Shown here: positions 1 through 11,754 of the stretch, in pieces
Numbering within the stretch: position 1 is the stretch's first letter
Layout of the letters: every line of letters starts with the position of its first letter
Assembly: GCA_038087875.1 (NCBI GenBank)
Contig: CM075989.1
Location: 3,534,001-3,598,000, forward strand
Source of the DNA: Malacoraja senta
Lineage: Eukaryota
Direction of reading: 5' to 3'
DNA length: 64,000 nucleotides
The notes under the pieces: model-generated
What the model was told of the DNA's origin: nothing
Seen by the model: only the letters and a program-made list of their open reading frames with translations
Databases searched by the model: none
Position numbers and translations under genes: made by a program

Positions 1-169
1 TGTACATTTTGGTTCCAATGTGAGCCATGATCCTGCCAGCGCACCATCTGCTTTCCTTGGCCGTATAATTGCGGTAATATACGTAGCCGCCAGTGTCGAA
101 TTTGGACTTGTTCGACTTCGTTGGCTGAGTGCGCGCCGTATAAGAGTTACGGGTCGGGTTCAAAACTCA

Positions 170-2484
170 TAGGGGAGAGCGCACTTGATGTCCGAGCATC
201 ATCTCCGCTGGAGTTCGACCGGTAGTGCAGTCCTTGCAGCGGTCGGCTATATCGGTCTCGATATTCGGCCACCACACATGCATGCGGGCGAGCGCCTTCA
301 TTCGCACAATTCTAATGTGTGTCTTGTGCAACATTTTCAGAATTTGCGATCACAGTTCCGCCGGAAGGATCACTCGACAATCACGGAGCAGAATGCCATC
401 CTTTGAGGAGACCTCCGTTTGCACATTCTGGAATGAGCGGAATTCCTTGACCAGCTTAGGACTGTTTGGCCACCCTGAGTGACAAAATGTCATACCTTCG
501 ACAAAATGGGGTCTGTGCTCGTGTAGTTGGTGACCGTCCTTGCGGAGACGGGGATATCGGCGATGACCCGCGTGTTGAGCACGTTCACGACCGTCTCAAT
601 TTCCATAATTGCCTCCCCTTTATCGAATGTCAGGTCGGATCCAATCGGTAGATGAGACAGTGCATCGGCATTGGCAGGCTCGGCAGACTCGGTAAATTAT
701 GTGATAATCATATCCCATCATGATCAGGGCCCAACGTTGTAGACGCTGCAACATCATGACAGGCAAACTTTTCTCCGGACTGAAAATGGTCAGCAGCGGC
801 TTGTGGTCGGTGATGAGCAGGAAATGTCGCCCACACAAATATTGGTGGAACTTCCGGACACCAAACATGATCGCCAGTGCTTCTTTCTCCACTTGGCTGT
901 AGTTTTTCTCGGCCGTCGTCAGCTTTTTGGATGCAAACACGATTGGTTCTTCCTTGCCGTTCAGCGCCGTTTGTGAGATTACAGCTCCAAGACCAGACGG
1001 CGATGCATCGGCGACCAGCGAGATCGGCTTCGATGGGTCATAGTGGACCAAATGCGTCTGCTGGGCGAGCATCTCCTTCAACCCGGTGAATGCATGGTCA
1101 CACTCTTTGGACCAGTGCCATTCGACATCCTGTTTTCGCAGGTTGTTCAATGGTGCGCACAAAGTCGAAAGTGCCAGTATGAACTTGCCATCGTAGTTCA
1201 CCTTGACAATGAAGCTTTCAAGTTGCTTCACATTATCGGGCGGCGGCAATTTCACAATGGCGTCCACTCTTCCGATGGCTTCAGACCACTTGCCGAGGTC
1301 ACATGTCCGAGATATGTGACCTGTTGTCGGGAGAATGCGCACTTGTCCATGCGCAACTTCATGCCATAGTTCAGTGCCGTGAGGTCCTGTTTTAGGTTCT
1401 GCAGGTGTTCTTCCTCTGTCCGGCCGGTGACAATTATGTCATCCAGGTAGGCGGCTATGTACGGAATCCCGGCAACCAGATTGACGACCAGTTTCTGGAA
1501 GATGGCCGGTGCCTGTCCAAACGACAATCGGTTGTATCTGAACAGTCCCTTATGTGTGTTGATCACGAGCAGGTTTTTTGTCTCGTCGTCCAGTTCCACT
1601 TGGAGATACGTGTCGGACATGTCCAATTTCGAGAAGTACTGTCCTCCTTGCAGCTTGATGAACAGCTCGTCCACTCTTGGTATGGGGTGTTGATCAATGT
1701 GCTATTGAGGGTTTACAGTCACTTTGTCGTCACCACAGATGCGCACCTTGCCGCAAGGCTTCTGAACGACAACTATGGGTGTGGTCCATTCTGAATGGCC
1801 CACATCGGTGATTATTCCTATTTCTTCAAGACGGCAGAGTTACTTGTTGACGGCGTCCATCCGACTGAACGGAACTGGTCTTGGTTTGAAGAACTTAGGG
1901 ACGGCATCGTCTTTGAGTGTGAGCCGTGCCTTCATCTTTGTGCAATGTCCGAGTCCAGGTGCGTAAATGGCCGGAAACTGGTCAAGAACCTTCTGCAGAT
2001 TGTTCTCGCACTTGCTGACCATGTTGCAATCCGGGGTAGTTGACAATGCCATTGTTGATCCATCGAAGATCAAGGCGTTCATGTCAAGCTTGAAAGCAAG
2101 GATCCAGTCAATGGCGCACAGGGATGTACCTTCTTTACCAACGACGATTAGCGGCAACATCTGTGTCAGACCATTACAGGAAACGGCGACAGTGCATTTG
2201 CCTTTCGTGAGAATGGGCTGTCATCCGTATTCCCAAAGGCGGATGTTGGCCGCTTTCAGTTTCGGCAATCCGATCCTCTCCCAGATATCCTGACCCACTA
2301 GCAACACAGCCGCACCAGTGTCCACCTGGAACTGTAGATCGACGTTCGAGACCCGCAGCGAAATCCTCGGCTTGTCGGTGATCGTAGACACACCGAGCAC
2401 TACAATAGGAATGGTCTCCGCGATTTGGTCGACTATGTTTTGCACTTTCTTGCCCTTTTGCAGCTTTCCTACGGATTGACACAC
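170..2484 (-). pseudogene. Gypsy pol remnant (protease-RT-RNase H-partial integrase)
   Basis: Pieces in ORFs 2221-2484, 1840-2160, 1252-1674 and 620-1342 in shifting frames, with DTG, YLDD and RNase H motifs. Confidence 0.9.
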
Positions 2485-3175
2485 TGCCTGGAGATGACCT
2501 TTTCATTAACAGGCATAACTAACGGACTTGATATACGGGCACTCACGGTGATGATGAGCAGTCGACCCGCACCGGTAGCAGGGTTTCCATCCTCCCCCCA
2601 CAGGGGGACGGCTCTTCTGAAACTGTCCCACCTTCTCCGGATTTGCTCTGGGTCGATCAACTGGTTTCTGGCGTTGCGGACGAGTCTGACGAACTGTATG
2701 CACCTCCTGAGGGAGCTTCGGTACACTGTTTCGCCAGCCATTTTGTGCAGTTCTTTACTTAGCTGCTCGGCCATCTTAGCACAGTGCAGCACATTCTTCA
2801 ATGAGGTGTCCGATTCCTTGAGAATCGCCTGCTGGATGAATGCGTGCCTGCAGCCCATGACCAGTCTACCCCGCAATGCATTGTCTTGGCACTTTTCACA
2901 GCATTGAGCTTTAAAATCACATGCCTTTGTCTTGGTGCAAAGTTCGGCAAGAAATTCGGTGATCGATTGCCCTTCCTGTTGCACCGTCCGGTAGAAATCA
3001 AGGCGAGCTGCGAGGAAATTTCCACTTTCTTCGAAATGCAGCTGCAAAGCTGTTGTGATTTCAGCATATGAGGCTTTAGTTACTTCTTCTGTAAGTAAAT
3101 TTTGAAAGCAGTGCAAAAGTTTCTGGAGACATTGATGAACACAAGAGAGCCTTCTTCCTCAGGTCAGTCGTAATT
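2469..3175 (-). pseudogene. Gypsy gag remnant with one intact and one degenerate zinc knuckle
   Basis: Retrotransposon-gag-like QQEGQSITEFLAELCTKTKACDF, CX2CX4HX4C knuckle, second knuckle broken by stops (YAC**KGHLQAVC). Confidence 0.85.
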
Positions 3176-3213
3176 GCCATTCTTAGCTGGGTCTTTGGAC
3201 GCAATCCAAAGTG

Positions 3214-3230
3214 TCCCGCTTATGACACCA
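3214..3230 (-). promoter_or_regulatory. Primer-binding site, tRNA-Leu-like
   Basis: Minus strand TGGTGTCATAAGCGGGA lies 4 nt after a ...CA LTR end and resembles the complement of the tRNA-Leu(CAA) 3' end. Confidence 0.7.
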
Positions 3231-3234
3231 CTTT

Positions 3235-3463
3235 TGTGTTCTTTTTTTTGGTCCGTACAAAACTTGAGAGTCTTCAATTTACAACAGAAGTCTTTAATGC
3301 TTTACTCAATGCTGGCAGCAAGACAACTTAAAATGGCTGCACACTCACTGTCTACAGACAGGAAAAAACTATATACAAAACATCTCCCTTTGTCCTGTGC
3401 TGCGCCACCTGCTGCACGGGAGGAGCAATGAGTCCTCCCACCCCACACAGTCCACCAAACATC
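3235..3463 (-). repeat. Putative 5' LTR of the Gypsy element
   Basis: Abuts the PBS and ends in CA on the element strand. ATTAAA signal at 3293-3298 (minus). Outer boundary uncertain; second LTR is outside the window. Confidence 0.55.
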
Positions 3464-3534
3464 ACGAGCATCATTGGATATCTATAAGTATAGCATTGCC
3501 CAAAAGTGTTAGAGTTGCCAGTTGACTTTAGTCA

Positions 3535-3845
3535 GGGCGGCGCGGTTGTGCAGCGGTAGAATTGCTGCCTTACAGCGCCAGAGACCCGGGTTCCATCCTG
3601 ACTACGGATGCTGTCTGTAAGGAGTTTGTACGTTCTCCCCGTGACCTACGTGGGTTTTCTCCGGGTGCTCCGGTTTCCCCTCACAATTGAAAGACGTAAA
3701 GGTTTGTAGGTTAATTGGCTTTGGTAAAAATTGTACATTGTCCCTAGTGTGTAGGACAGTGTTGGTGTGTGGGGATCGCTGGTCGGCGTGGACTCAGTGG
3801 GCCGAACGGCCTGTTTCCACGCTATATGTCTAAACTAAACTAAAC
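3535..3845 (+). mobile_element. HE1-type tRNA-derived V-SINE, full length
   Basis: A/B-box-like head, V-domain GTTCTCCCCGTG...GGTGCTCCGGTTTC, CR1-like tail GGGCCGAA-GGCCTGTTTCC and (CTAAA)n. Confidence 0.9.
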
Positions 3846-3922
3846 CTAGTATCTAACACAAGACGACAAGATGAGTTAAGCCTGCAAAATGTTCAGATGA
3901 GTGGCTGTCCTTTACTACCAGG

Positions 3923-4650
3923 TAATAATAATAATAATAATAATGAATTTTATTTATGGGCACCTTAAGGTCTCAAGGACACCTTACAGAGATTTATGGT
4001 TAACATATAATCAGAATAATCAGAATTAAAAAAATAAGTTATAAAGGCCAATACACAAATCAGGGACAGAATTCCTTCCAAAAATACAAAAAAGAAAATC
4101 AGAAACACAATTTGAGGAGAGAGCAGCGGCAGCGAAACCGCGCCAGCGTCCACTCTCCCCTCCGACTGCCATCTTGAACACAGACTAACAAATACAATTA
4201 CAAACAATTACAAACAAAAATCATCCCCCCACAACGATTTCCACTGTGGGGGAAGGCACAATGTCCAGTCCCCAGCCCCAGTTCAACCAAAAAGTCAGGC
4301 CAAATGAGGCCCCCGCTATTGCCTCTATGAAGGCCCGATGATCCTGGCCGTTCTCGCCGGGTGATGTAGCCCCGGCGTCGGGAGAGTCCTCCAGCAGCTG
4401 GGCCACCTGGAACGGCCGCATTCCTCACCGGAGGCCGCAACTACGGCTGGAACGGCAGATTTCCCACAGGCGTCCGCAGCACCTGAAGCCGACAAGGCCG
4501 CGCCGATTTGGAGCCACGAGGCTCCCGATGTTGGAGTCGGCGCCGCCGCCCGCGGATGGTCGCTCCACAGTCCCGCAGCCCGGAGGTGTTGAGCTCGGCG
4601 GTCCAGCTCACCGGAGCTCCAGCGCGTCGGTCCAGCGCGGCGACCCAAAT
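3923..4650 (-). mobile_element. Non-autonomous retroelement with L2-type 3' tail
   Basis: (TTA)n tail and GTAAGGTGTCCTTGAG...ATAAATAAAAT end on the minus strand. Homologous to 62901-63210. Confidence 0.65.
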
Positions 4651-4653
4651 CAA

Positions 4654-5030
4654 GATGCTGGTTTACAACAAAAAAGACACCAAATGCTTGAGTACTTCAG
4701 CGGGTTAGGCAGCATCGCTGGAGAACATGGATATTTGACATTTCACGTCGGGACCGTTCTTTAGACTGAAAGTAGGGGGGGGGTGGAAGTTAGAAGAGAG
4801 GAAGGGCAGGACATAACCTAATGTATCTATCACTCCCCCACCCCTTCCGTCCTCCTTTGATCTTCTATTACTTGCCAGGCTTTGTCCTGCCCTTCCTGTC
4901 CTCCAGCTTTCTTTCCACCCCTATCACAAGCAGTCTGGAGAGGGGTCCCGTCCTGAAACGTCCCCGATCCATGTTCTCCTAGGAACGCTTCCTCACCCGC
5001 TAAGTTACTGCAGCACTTTGTCTCCTTCAG
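4654..5030. mobile_element. Penelope pseudo-LTR inverted pair with degenerate hammerhead motifs
   Basis: Minus copy at about 4654-4830 and plus copy at about 4870-5030 of the GAGTAACTCAGCGGG..CAGCATC family. Confidence 0.65.
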
Positions 5031-5175
5031 GCACACCAATGTTATTCTCTTCCTCTCTTTGTGCCTTCTGCTAGAAATGTGTTGTTGAAAGACATGTTTT
5101 TAGATGTGGGTGGTAATGGTTTTTAATTGTGTGGAAAATGATCTAGAAATCGGGTAGAATCGGATAGAAATTGGG

Positions 5176-5425
5176 CGGAAACCCGAGTTCAATCCTGACC
5201 GCGGGTGCTGTCTGTACGGAGTTTGTACGTTCTCCCCGTGACTGTGAGTTTTCTCTGGGTGCTCCGGTTTCCTCCCACACTCCAAAGACGTGCAGGTTTT
5301 TCGGTTTTAAAATGGCTTCTGTAAATTGTCTCGAGTGTGTAGGATAGTGCGGGGTGATCGCTGGTCGGCATGGACTCTAGGGGGCCGAAGGGCTTGGTTC
5401 CATCTTGTATCTCTAAAGTCTAAAC
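5176..5425 (+). mobile_element. V-SINE, 5' truncated
   Basis: V-domain and CR1-like tail. Confidence 0.85.
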
Positions 5426-6399
5426 ATTGTATTGATGCAGAATCTGTAATGTAATATTGCTTCAGATCAGTGTCAGAGACTGTGCCTGCAGGTTGACTGA
5501 AAGCCGGGCCTGTGTGCTGTGTTTAGCAGCATGCCGAGGATTAAAATGCATATTTGCATCAAACGGTTAATGCAATTTGACGGTGGAACATATGCAGGGT
5601 GTACCACACACGCAGGGTGTGAAGCCTCCCACACAGTGTTGCCGCAACCTTGTGTCGCAAGCCTCCTTTTAAAAGCTGAACACAATTAGGTTTGATTCTT
5701 GCTGCAAGCATGTCTGTGCATCGGGATTGCTTGGAATTGAGAAAGCAACACAATTTCACCCAGTTAGTTGGGGGGAAAATACGTGCAGATTGGGGACTGA
5801 AAGTGCCTCTTGCTATACATGTGCATTATTGAGTCACACCTCTTGCCTCCTTTTCTCTCTCCACTCCACTGAAATAAAGACTGCACTGTGGGAGGCACTC
5901 TAATGGCCCTGATCTGAGTGCCTGCTTTCACCACCAGTCTCATCAAAATCCTATTAGCCCTTGCATCAGGAGTAAGTGTGAGGCCAGGAGATGAAGTGGT
6001 GGCTCGAGATTCTGAGTCTGACTTCCATTCTCTTTGCCCAAATTGATTTAATGCAGCAAAGTAAATGGGGCCTAAGTGGAGTGAGAGAGCTGGCCCATAG
6101 TTTGAAGAAGATGCTCTTTACTTAGTGGAAAATGTGAGAAGGAGATTTTAATGGTGCCACCAATACACTGCACCAGAGACACAGGAATGGCATTCAGGCA
6201 CTGAGCTCCCTCAATCAAGCTGCTGTAAGATGCGGAGGTTGGAGAGAGTCCCTTTGTTCTCTCCTGAATGAAGTGTGCTTTATCTGGCTATTCAATGCAA
6301 GTTGTCCCAATTCTCTGTATTTTCTGTTTCATCCAAATCCTGCCTGATTTTGACTGCCTGGATTTTGATGATGTCGTCTCCATATGTCTTCCAGCTTGG

Positions 6400-7295
6400 A
6401 TTGCCTTCTCTGGAACATCAGAGGTTGAGGAGAGACCTGATAGAAGTTTATAAAATCATGAGAGGCATAGAGAGGACAGTCAGAAACATTCTCTCAGGGT
6501 GGAAATGTCAAAGACTAAAGAGCCTAGCTCCAAGGTGAGAGGGGCAAAGATGATGGGAGATGCGTGGGGCAAGTTTTTACACAGGGGCTGGTGTGGGCCT
6601 GGAATGTGCTGCCGGTGATGGTGGTAGCGACTGGCACTATAGCGACATTTAAGAGGCTTTTGGATAAGCAGGAGATGGAGGGTACAGATCATGTACTGGC
6701 AGAGGAGGCTAGCTCATCTTGGCATCATGCGTAGCATAGACATTGTGGGCCGAAGGGCCTGTTCATGTGCTGGCCCGATGAGTTCTTGGTGTGTTCCCTC
6801 CATCCCTGGGTCCAGTGGAGGTTTACAAGAATGATCCCAGGAATGAGTGGGTTAACATATGATGAACGTTTGTCGGCACTGGGCCTGTACTCGCTGGAGT
6901 TTAGAAGGATGAGGGGGCCCCTCATTGAAACTTACAGAATAGTGAAAGGCTTGGAGAGAGTGGATGTGGAGAGGATGTTTCCACTAGTGGGAGAGTCTAG
7001 GACCAGAGGTCACAGCCTCAGAATTAAAGGACGTTCATTTAGGAAGGAGATGAGGAGGAATTTCTTTAGTCAGAGGGTGGCGAATCGGTGGAATTATTTG
7101 CCACAGACGGCTGTGGAGGCCATCAGTGGATATTTTTAAGGCAGAGATAGTACGGGTTCGTACGGGTGTCAGAGGTTATGGGGAGAAGGCAGGAGAATGG
7201 GGTTAAGAGGGAGAGATAGCCCAGCCATGATTGAATGGTGGAGTAGACGTGATGGGCTGAATGGCCTAATTCTACTCCTATTCCTTATGACCTTA
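6400..7295 (+). mobile_element. Two adjacent CR1-clade LINE 3' fragments
   Basis: ORF2 C-terminal motifs (LRRDLIEVYKIMRG; LGLYSLEFRRMRG, RTRGHSLRI, FFSQRVANRWN) and CR1-type 3' UTRs. Confidence 0.9.
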
Positions 7296-7516
7296 ATGTC
7301 GTATACTCTATGAACAGATTTAATTCCGAGATGGAGATAAACTTTGACCATTTGAAATTTGTTACGCCTCACTGATTATTTAGTGTTTTCTGTGTTGAAA
7401 TCAACGTCTGGCTCCCTGCAAACACCCTGCAGATAGATAAAAGCACGGCCAACAGTAGCCGCAATACCTGGAGCAGGCTGTCTACAAACATACACGATGA
7501 TGGTATCCCCCAACCA

Positions 7517-7551
7517 ATGTACACACACACGCACGCACACACACACACGCA

Positions 7552-7583
<32 letters not shown>

Positions 7584-8397
7584 CACACACGCGCTCGCAC
7601 ACGCACACACATGTACCCACACACACGCTCACACACATGAACCCACACGCACACGCTCACACACACATGTACCCACACACATGTACCCACACACACACAT
7701 GAACCCACACACATACACGCTCACACACACACACACACACGTACCCACACACATGTACCCACACACACGCTCACACACATGAACCCACACACACGCTCAC
7801 ACACACGCACACATGTACCCACACACATGTACCCACACACACACATGAACCCACACACATGCTCACACACACGGACACACACATACACGCTCACACACAC
7901 ACACGTACCCACACACACGCTCACACACACACACACATGTACCCACGCACACACACACACACATGAACCCACACACACGCTCACACGTACCCACACACAC
8001 GTTCACACACGCTCACACACACACACATGAACCCACGCACACGCACACCCACGCACACACATGCACACAGATACACACACATACCCACGCACACAGATAC
8101 ACACACACATACCCACGCACACACATGCACACACTGATACACACACCCACGCACGCATGCACACACACACAGACACACACACACTACACGCACGCACACA
8201 CAGACACGCATACTCATACACACACGTACATACGCACACATGCAGACACACACGTACGCGCACACACATGCACACAAACACACACACATACCCACATGCA
8301 CACACACACTTAGACACCCCGACACACACATGCACAGACACACACATGTACATAGACACACAAACACACACATACATACATAGACACGCACACACAA
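7517..8397. repeat. Degenerate (CA)n compound micro/minisatellite
   Basis: About 880 bp of CA repeats punctuated by recurring ATGTACCC, ATGAACCC and CGCTC units. Confidence 0.95.
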
Positions 8398-9049
8398 AGC
8401 AGTCAACCAAGTCCTCCACTTGATTTCCCATTTTTAGTTACTGATACATAGATATATAATTCCCTGTTTTCTCTCTCCCGCCTTTCTTAAAAAGTGGGAT
8501 AACTTTAACTACCCTCCAATCCACAGGAACTGATCCTGAATCTATAGAACATTGGAAAATGATCACCAATCATTATACGGTATATGAATTAAAAAATCTA
8601 TGAAGTAAGTAAAAAATTCAAATTTTGTAGGCAAGAGATAAACACATTCACCCCGGTATGTGAAGCCAGATCGGGGTTGGTTCGTGAAGAAACGAGTCTT
8701 AAAAGATATTTTATTAAAAAAGAGGGAAAGCTAAATTGGGGCAGACGGCTCTGCTGATGAGCTAATACTGTCACATAGAACATAGAACCGTACAGCACAA
8801 GAACAGGCCCTTCAACCCACAATACCTGTGCCGATCTTGATGGCAGGACCATCATTTATCTACCTGCACATAACCACATTCACATTGACTGGAGTGCCCT
8901 ATATATGAATTTTACATGTCACGAGATGAAACTAAGTCTTCGGTAAATCTGTCATTCAAACTAGGACCAGGAGGAGGCCATTCGGCCCTTTAATCCTGCT
9001 ACATCATTCCATATGACATGGTACTCATGACTGATTATTCAAATGCAGT

Positions 9050-9370
9050 CACAAGGAACTGCAGACAGAGGACTCTTGAGAAAAACGCAAAGTGCTGGAG
9101 GAACTCAGTGGCTCAGGCAGCGTCTGGGAGGGAATGAAGAATGAAGAATGGTGACTGGTCTGAAGAAGGGCCCCGACCTGAAACATTGCCTTTCTGCTTC
9201 CCTCCCAGGTTACTGGCTGACCTGTGTAGGTTAATTGACTGGGTAATAATTGTAAATTGTCCCTGGTGTGTGTAGGATAGTCTTCGTGTGCTGGTTGCTG
9301 CGGACTCGGGGTGGGGGCTATAGGGCCTGTTTCCGTGCTTTATTTCTAAACTAAACTAAACTAAACTAAA
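9050..9370. mobile_element. Penelope pLTR fragment fused to a V-SINE 3' end
   Basis: pLTR motifs with a degenerate CTGAAGAAGGG..GAAAC, followed by a SINE tail with (CTAAA)n. Confidence 0.65.
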
Positions 9371-9792
9371 GCTTGACATGCTGGTAAATGGGCAAGATGC
9401 AGGGAAATAATAATGGGGGCTGATACTTCATTATAAACACATACCCTCCAAGTAGAAAGGCCAAGTGATGAGTAATGAACCACTCTGTCCCTTGAGTCTT
9501 ACAATTAAGTCAAACTCTGCTGTTACGGGTTTAGATTTGATTAGAAGAAATCCTCACCGAGTGGACAATGACGTCAAATGACCACTGAATAACATGACTC
9601 AAGACCATTGACCACCAGCAAATCTAATTACAGCAAGCATTGATGCAGGAGCTCCAATGACAGCAGATCATGACGGATGAACCAAGATGTCGACACAGCT
9701 TGGCTACTCCAGATGTGCTGGTCCCCAGAGGAGGGTCGACCATTATCCAATACAATTGCCACTCTTTACAATCTCTTTTCTGCTTGGAGTCA

Positions 9793-10030
9793 CTGGGGTT
9801 CGATCCCGGCCACGGGTGCTGTCTGTACGGAGTTTGTACATTCTCCCCGTGGGTTTTCTCCGAGATCTTAGGTTTCCTCCCACATTCCAAAGACGTACAG
9901 GTTTGTAGGTTATTTGGCTTGATATAAGTGTAAATTGTCCCTAGGATAGTGTTAATGTGCAAGGATCGCTGGTCGCTGCTGACTCGGTGGGCCAGAGGGC
10001 CTGTTTCTACGCTGTATCTCTAAACTAAAC
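9793..10030 (+). mobile_element. V-SINE, 5' truncated
   Basis: B-box GGTTCGATCC, V-domain and tail. Confidence 0.85.
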
Positions 10031-10069
10031 AGAATTAAATTTTAAAAAGTCATAGAGTCATACAGCATG

Positions 10070-10402
10070 TGAGACTGGTGGGAGAACTGGGAAGGGGGAG
10101 GGGATGGAGAGAGTAACTGGGAAGAGGGAGGGGTCTCCATCGCAGTTCTCCCACCAGTTTTACTGTCTCCGACTACATTCTATCTCTGTCCCACCCACTC
10201 CCCTGACATCATACTGAAGAAGGGTCTCGACCCGAAACGTCACCCATTCCTTCTCTCCAGAGATGCTGCCTGTCCCGCTGAGCTTTGTGTCATCTGCTAA
10301 TTTGCTAATATTCCTTTTCTCCGGAGATGTTGCCTGAACCACTGAATTACTCCAGCATTTTGTGTTTATCTTCGGTGTAAAGCAGCAACTGCAGTTCCTT
10401 TC
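10070..10402 (+). mobile_element. Penelope pseudo-LTR
   Basis: Matches the 3' pLTR attached to the GIY-YIG remnant at 24003-24690. Confidence 0.75.
10211..10245 (+). ncRNA. Minimal type I hammerhead ribozyme motif
   Basis: CTGAAGA-A-GGGT(CTCG)ACCC-GAAA-C-GTC. Confidence 0.6.
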
Positions 10403-10729
10403 TGCACTATGCTGTAATTTAATGTTGTGTACTTTACCACACTTGTGCTAAACCATGTTACAAGTGAGAATGATACCAACTGGTTGCCTCCTTTGTCCTC
10501 TCTCTCTCTCTCTCTCGTTTAAAGCTTGACCTTGAGAGCTTCATGCAGAATTACTATTTTCCAGCCTTGCTCACTGCTGAAAGGCTGACAAATAGCTTTT
10601 AAAAAACCCAGCACCACACAGAATGTATGTTATTGTATTAGATTCAGAAAGAGATGCCAAATATATTCATAATTAAAATATTTGTTTCAAATTAATTGTC
10701 CTCTTTCACAGCCACACGTTACAACTTGG

Positions 10730-11183
10730 AATGAAGTCTGCAGAAGGGTCTCGACCCAAAACGTCGCCCATTCCTTCTCTCCAGAGATGTTACCTCACCC
10801 ACTGAGTTACTCCAGCATGTTGTGTCCACCTTCGATTTAAACCAGCATCTGCAGTTCTTTCTTACAACTAGTAATGAAATGTACTGTAGCATTCTTCCTT
10901 TATGGACTTTAGCGATACAGCTCGGAAACAGGCCCTTCGGCCCACCGACTCTGTGCCGACCAGCGATCACCGCGTATACCAGCACTATCCTACACACTAG
11001 GGACAATTTACAATGTTACCAAAGCCAATTAACTTACAAACCTGTACAGATTTGATTGTGGGAGGAAACCGGAGCACCCAGAGAAAGCCCACGTGGTCCC
11101 AGGGAGAATGTACAAACTGTAGTCAGGATCAAACCCGGGTCTCTGGCGCTGTAAGGCAGCAACTCTACCACTGCACCACCGTG
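10730..11183. mobile_element. Penelope pLTR (+, about 10730-10865) and V-SINE (-, about 10905-11183)
   Basis: Family motifs shared with other copies in the window. Confidence 0.8.
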
Positions 11184-11239
11184 CTATCCTACCTTCCTCT
11201 TCCGTGTTTTAATCTAATTTCCAGCACTTATCCCACAGT

Positions 11240-11525
11240 GAATAAACATCCCTGTACAAAGCATGTAAACTGGCCCTTGAATCCACGCCGACCATCGACC
11301 ACCCCTTCTCAATAGTTCTACTGTACGTAATTACATTTTCCCATCCACTCCCTACACACTAGAGGCAATTTGTAAACCTACACATGTGGGAGGAAACCCG
11401 GAGCACCTGGAGGAAACCCACGCAGTCACAGAGAGAACGTGCAAACTCCACACGGACAACGCACGAGATCAGGATTGAACCCGCGTCTCCGGCGCTGTGA
11501 GGCAGCTGTGCTTCCAGCTGCGGAG
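11240..11525 (-). mobile_element. Diverged V-SINE
   Basis: Reverse-complement V-domain and tRNA-like head. Confidence 0.7.
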
Positions 11526-11754
11526 AGAGAGAAACACAGCTTGCTGATGAAAGATCTGAGAGAGTCATCTTGTCACGTAACCCACTGAATATTTGCAGTA
11601 TTTTATATTCTCATTTCAGACCTACAGCCTCTAGTTATTTGTTTTTGGAGCCCAGAGAGGAAACAGCAGGAGGTAGGAGCCATGGCCTGAGGTGCAGTTT
11701 AGTCCCTGGCCCCAGTGATGGGACGCATCACATAGACTTGACCAGGAAGATAAC

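Larger units (their letters stand above)
1..3463 (-). mobile_element. Decayed Ty3/Gypsy LTR retrotransposon (Mag-like), runs off the window start
   Basis: Minus-strand frameshifted ORFs in Gypsy order: gag with CCHC knuckle CYRCGSTAHHHREC, protease FQVDTGAAV, RT (SKLDMSDTYLQ, YLDD), RNase H (DASPSGLGAV, YSQVEKEALA, TDHKPL) and integrase zinc finger (HVWWPNIETDI). PBS and LTR-like segment at the right end. Confidence 0.95.

Noticed and set aside
3535..3610. tRNA-like sequences at SINE 5' ends
   Set aside because: They are V-SINE heads followed by the V-domain and tail; no complete cloverleaf.
7369..8431. Long His/Thr- and Cys/Val-rich ORFs (also 14655-15205 and 49573-51142)
   Set aside because: Translation artefacts of (CA)n/(TG)n repeats.
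10443..10458. Partial resemblance to miR-218 (TTGTGCT..AACCATGT)
   Set aside because: Central nucleotides are missing and no precursor hairpin is evident.
11620..11672. Possible 53-nt exon (TTTCAG acceptor, GAG|GTAGGA donor)
   Set aside because: Isolated, upstream of the putative promoter, with no recognisable peptide; chance signals are plausible.
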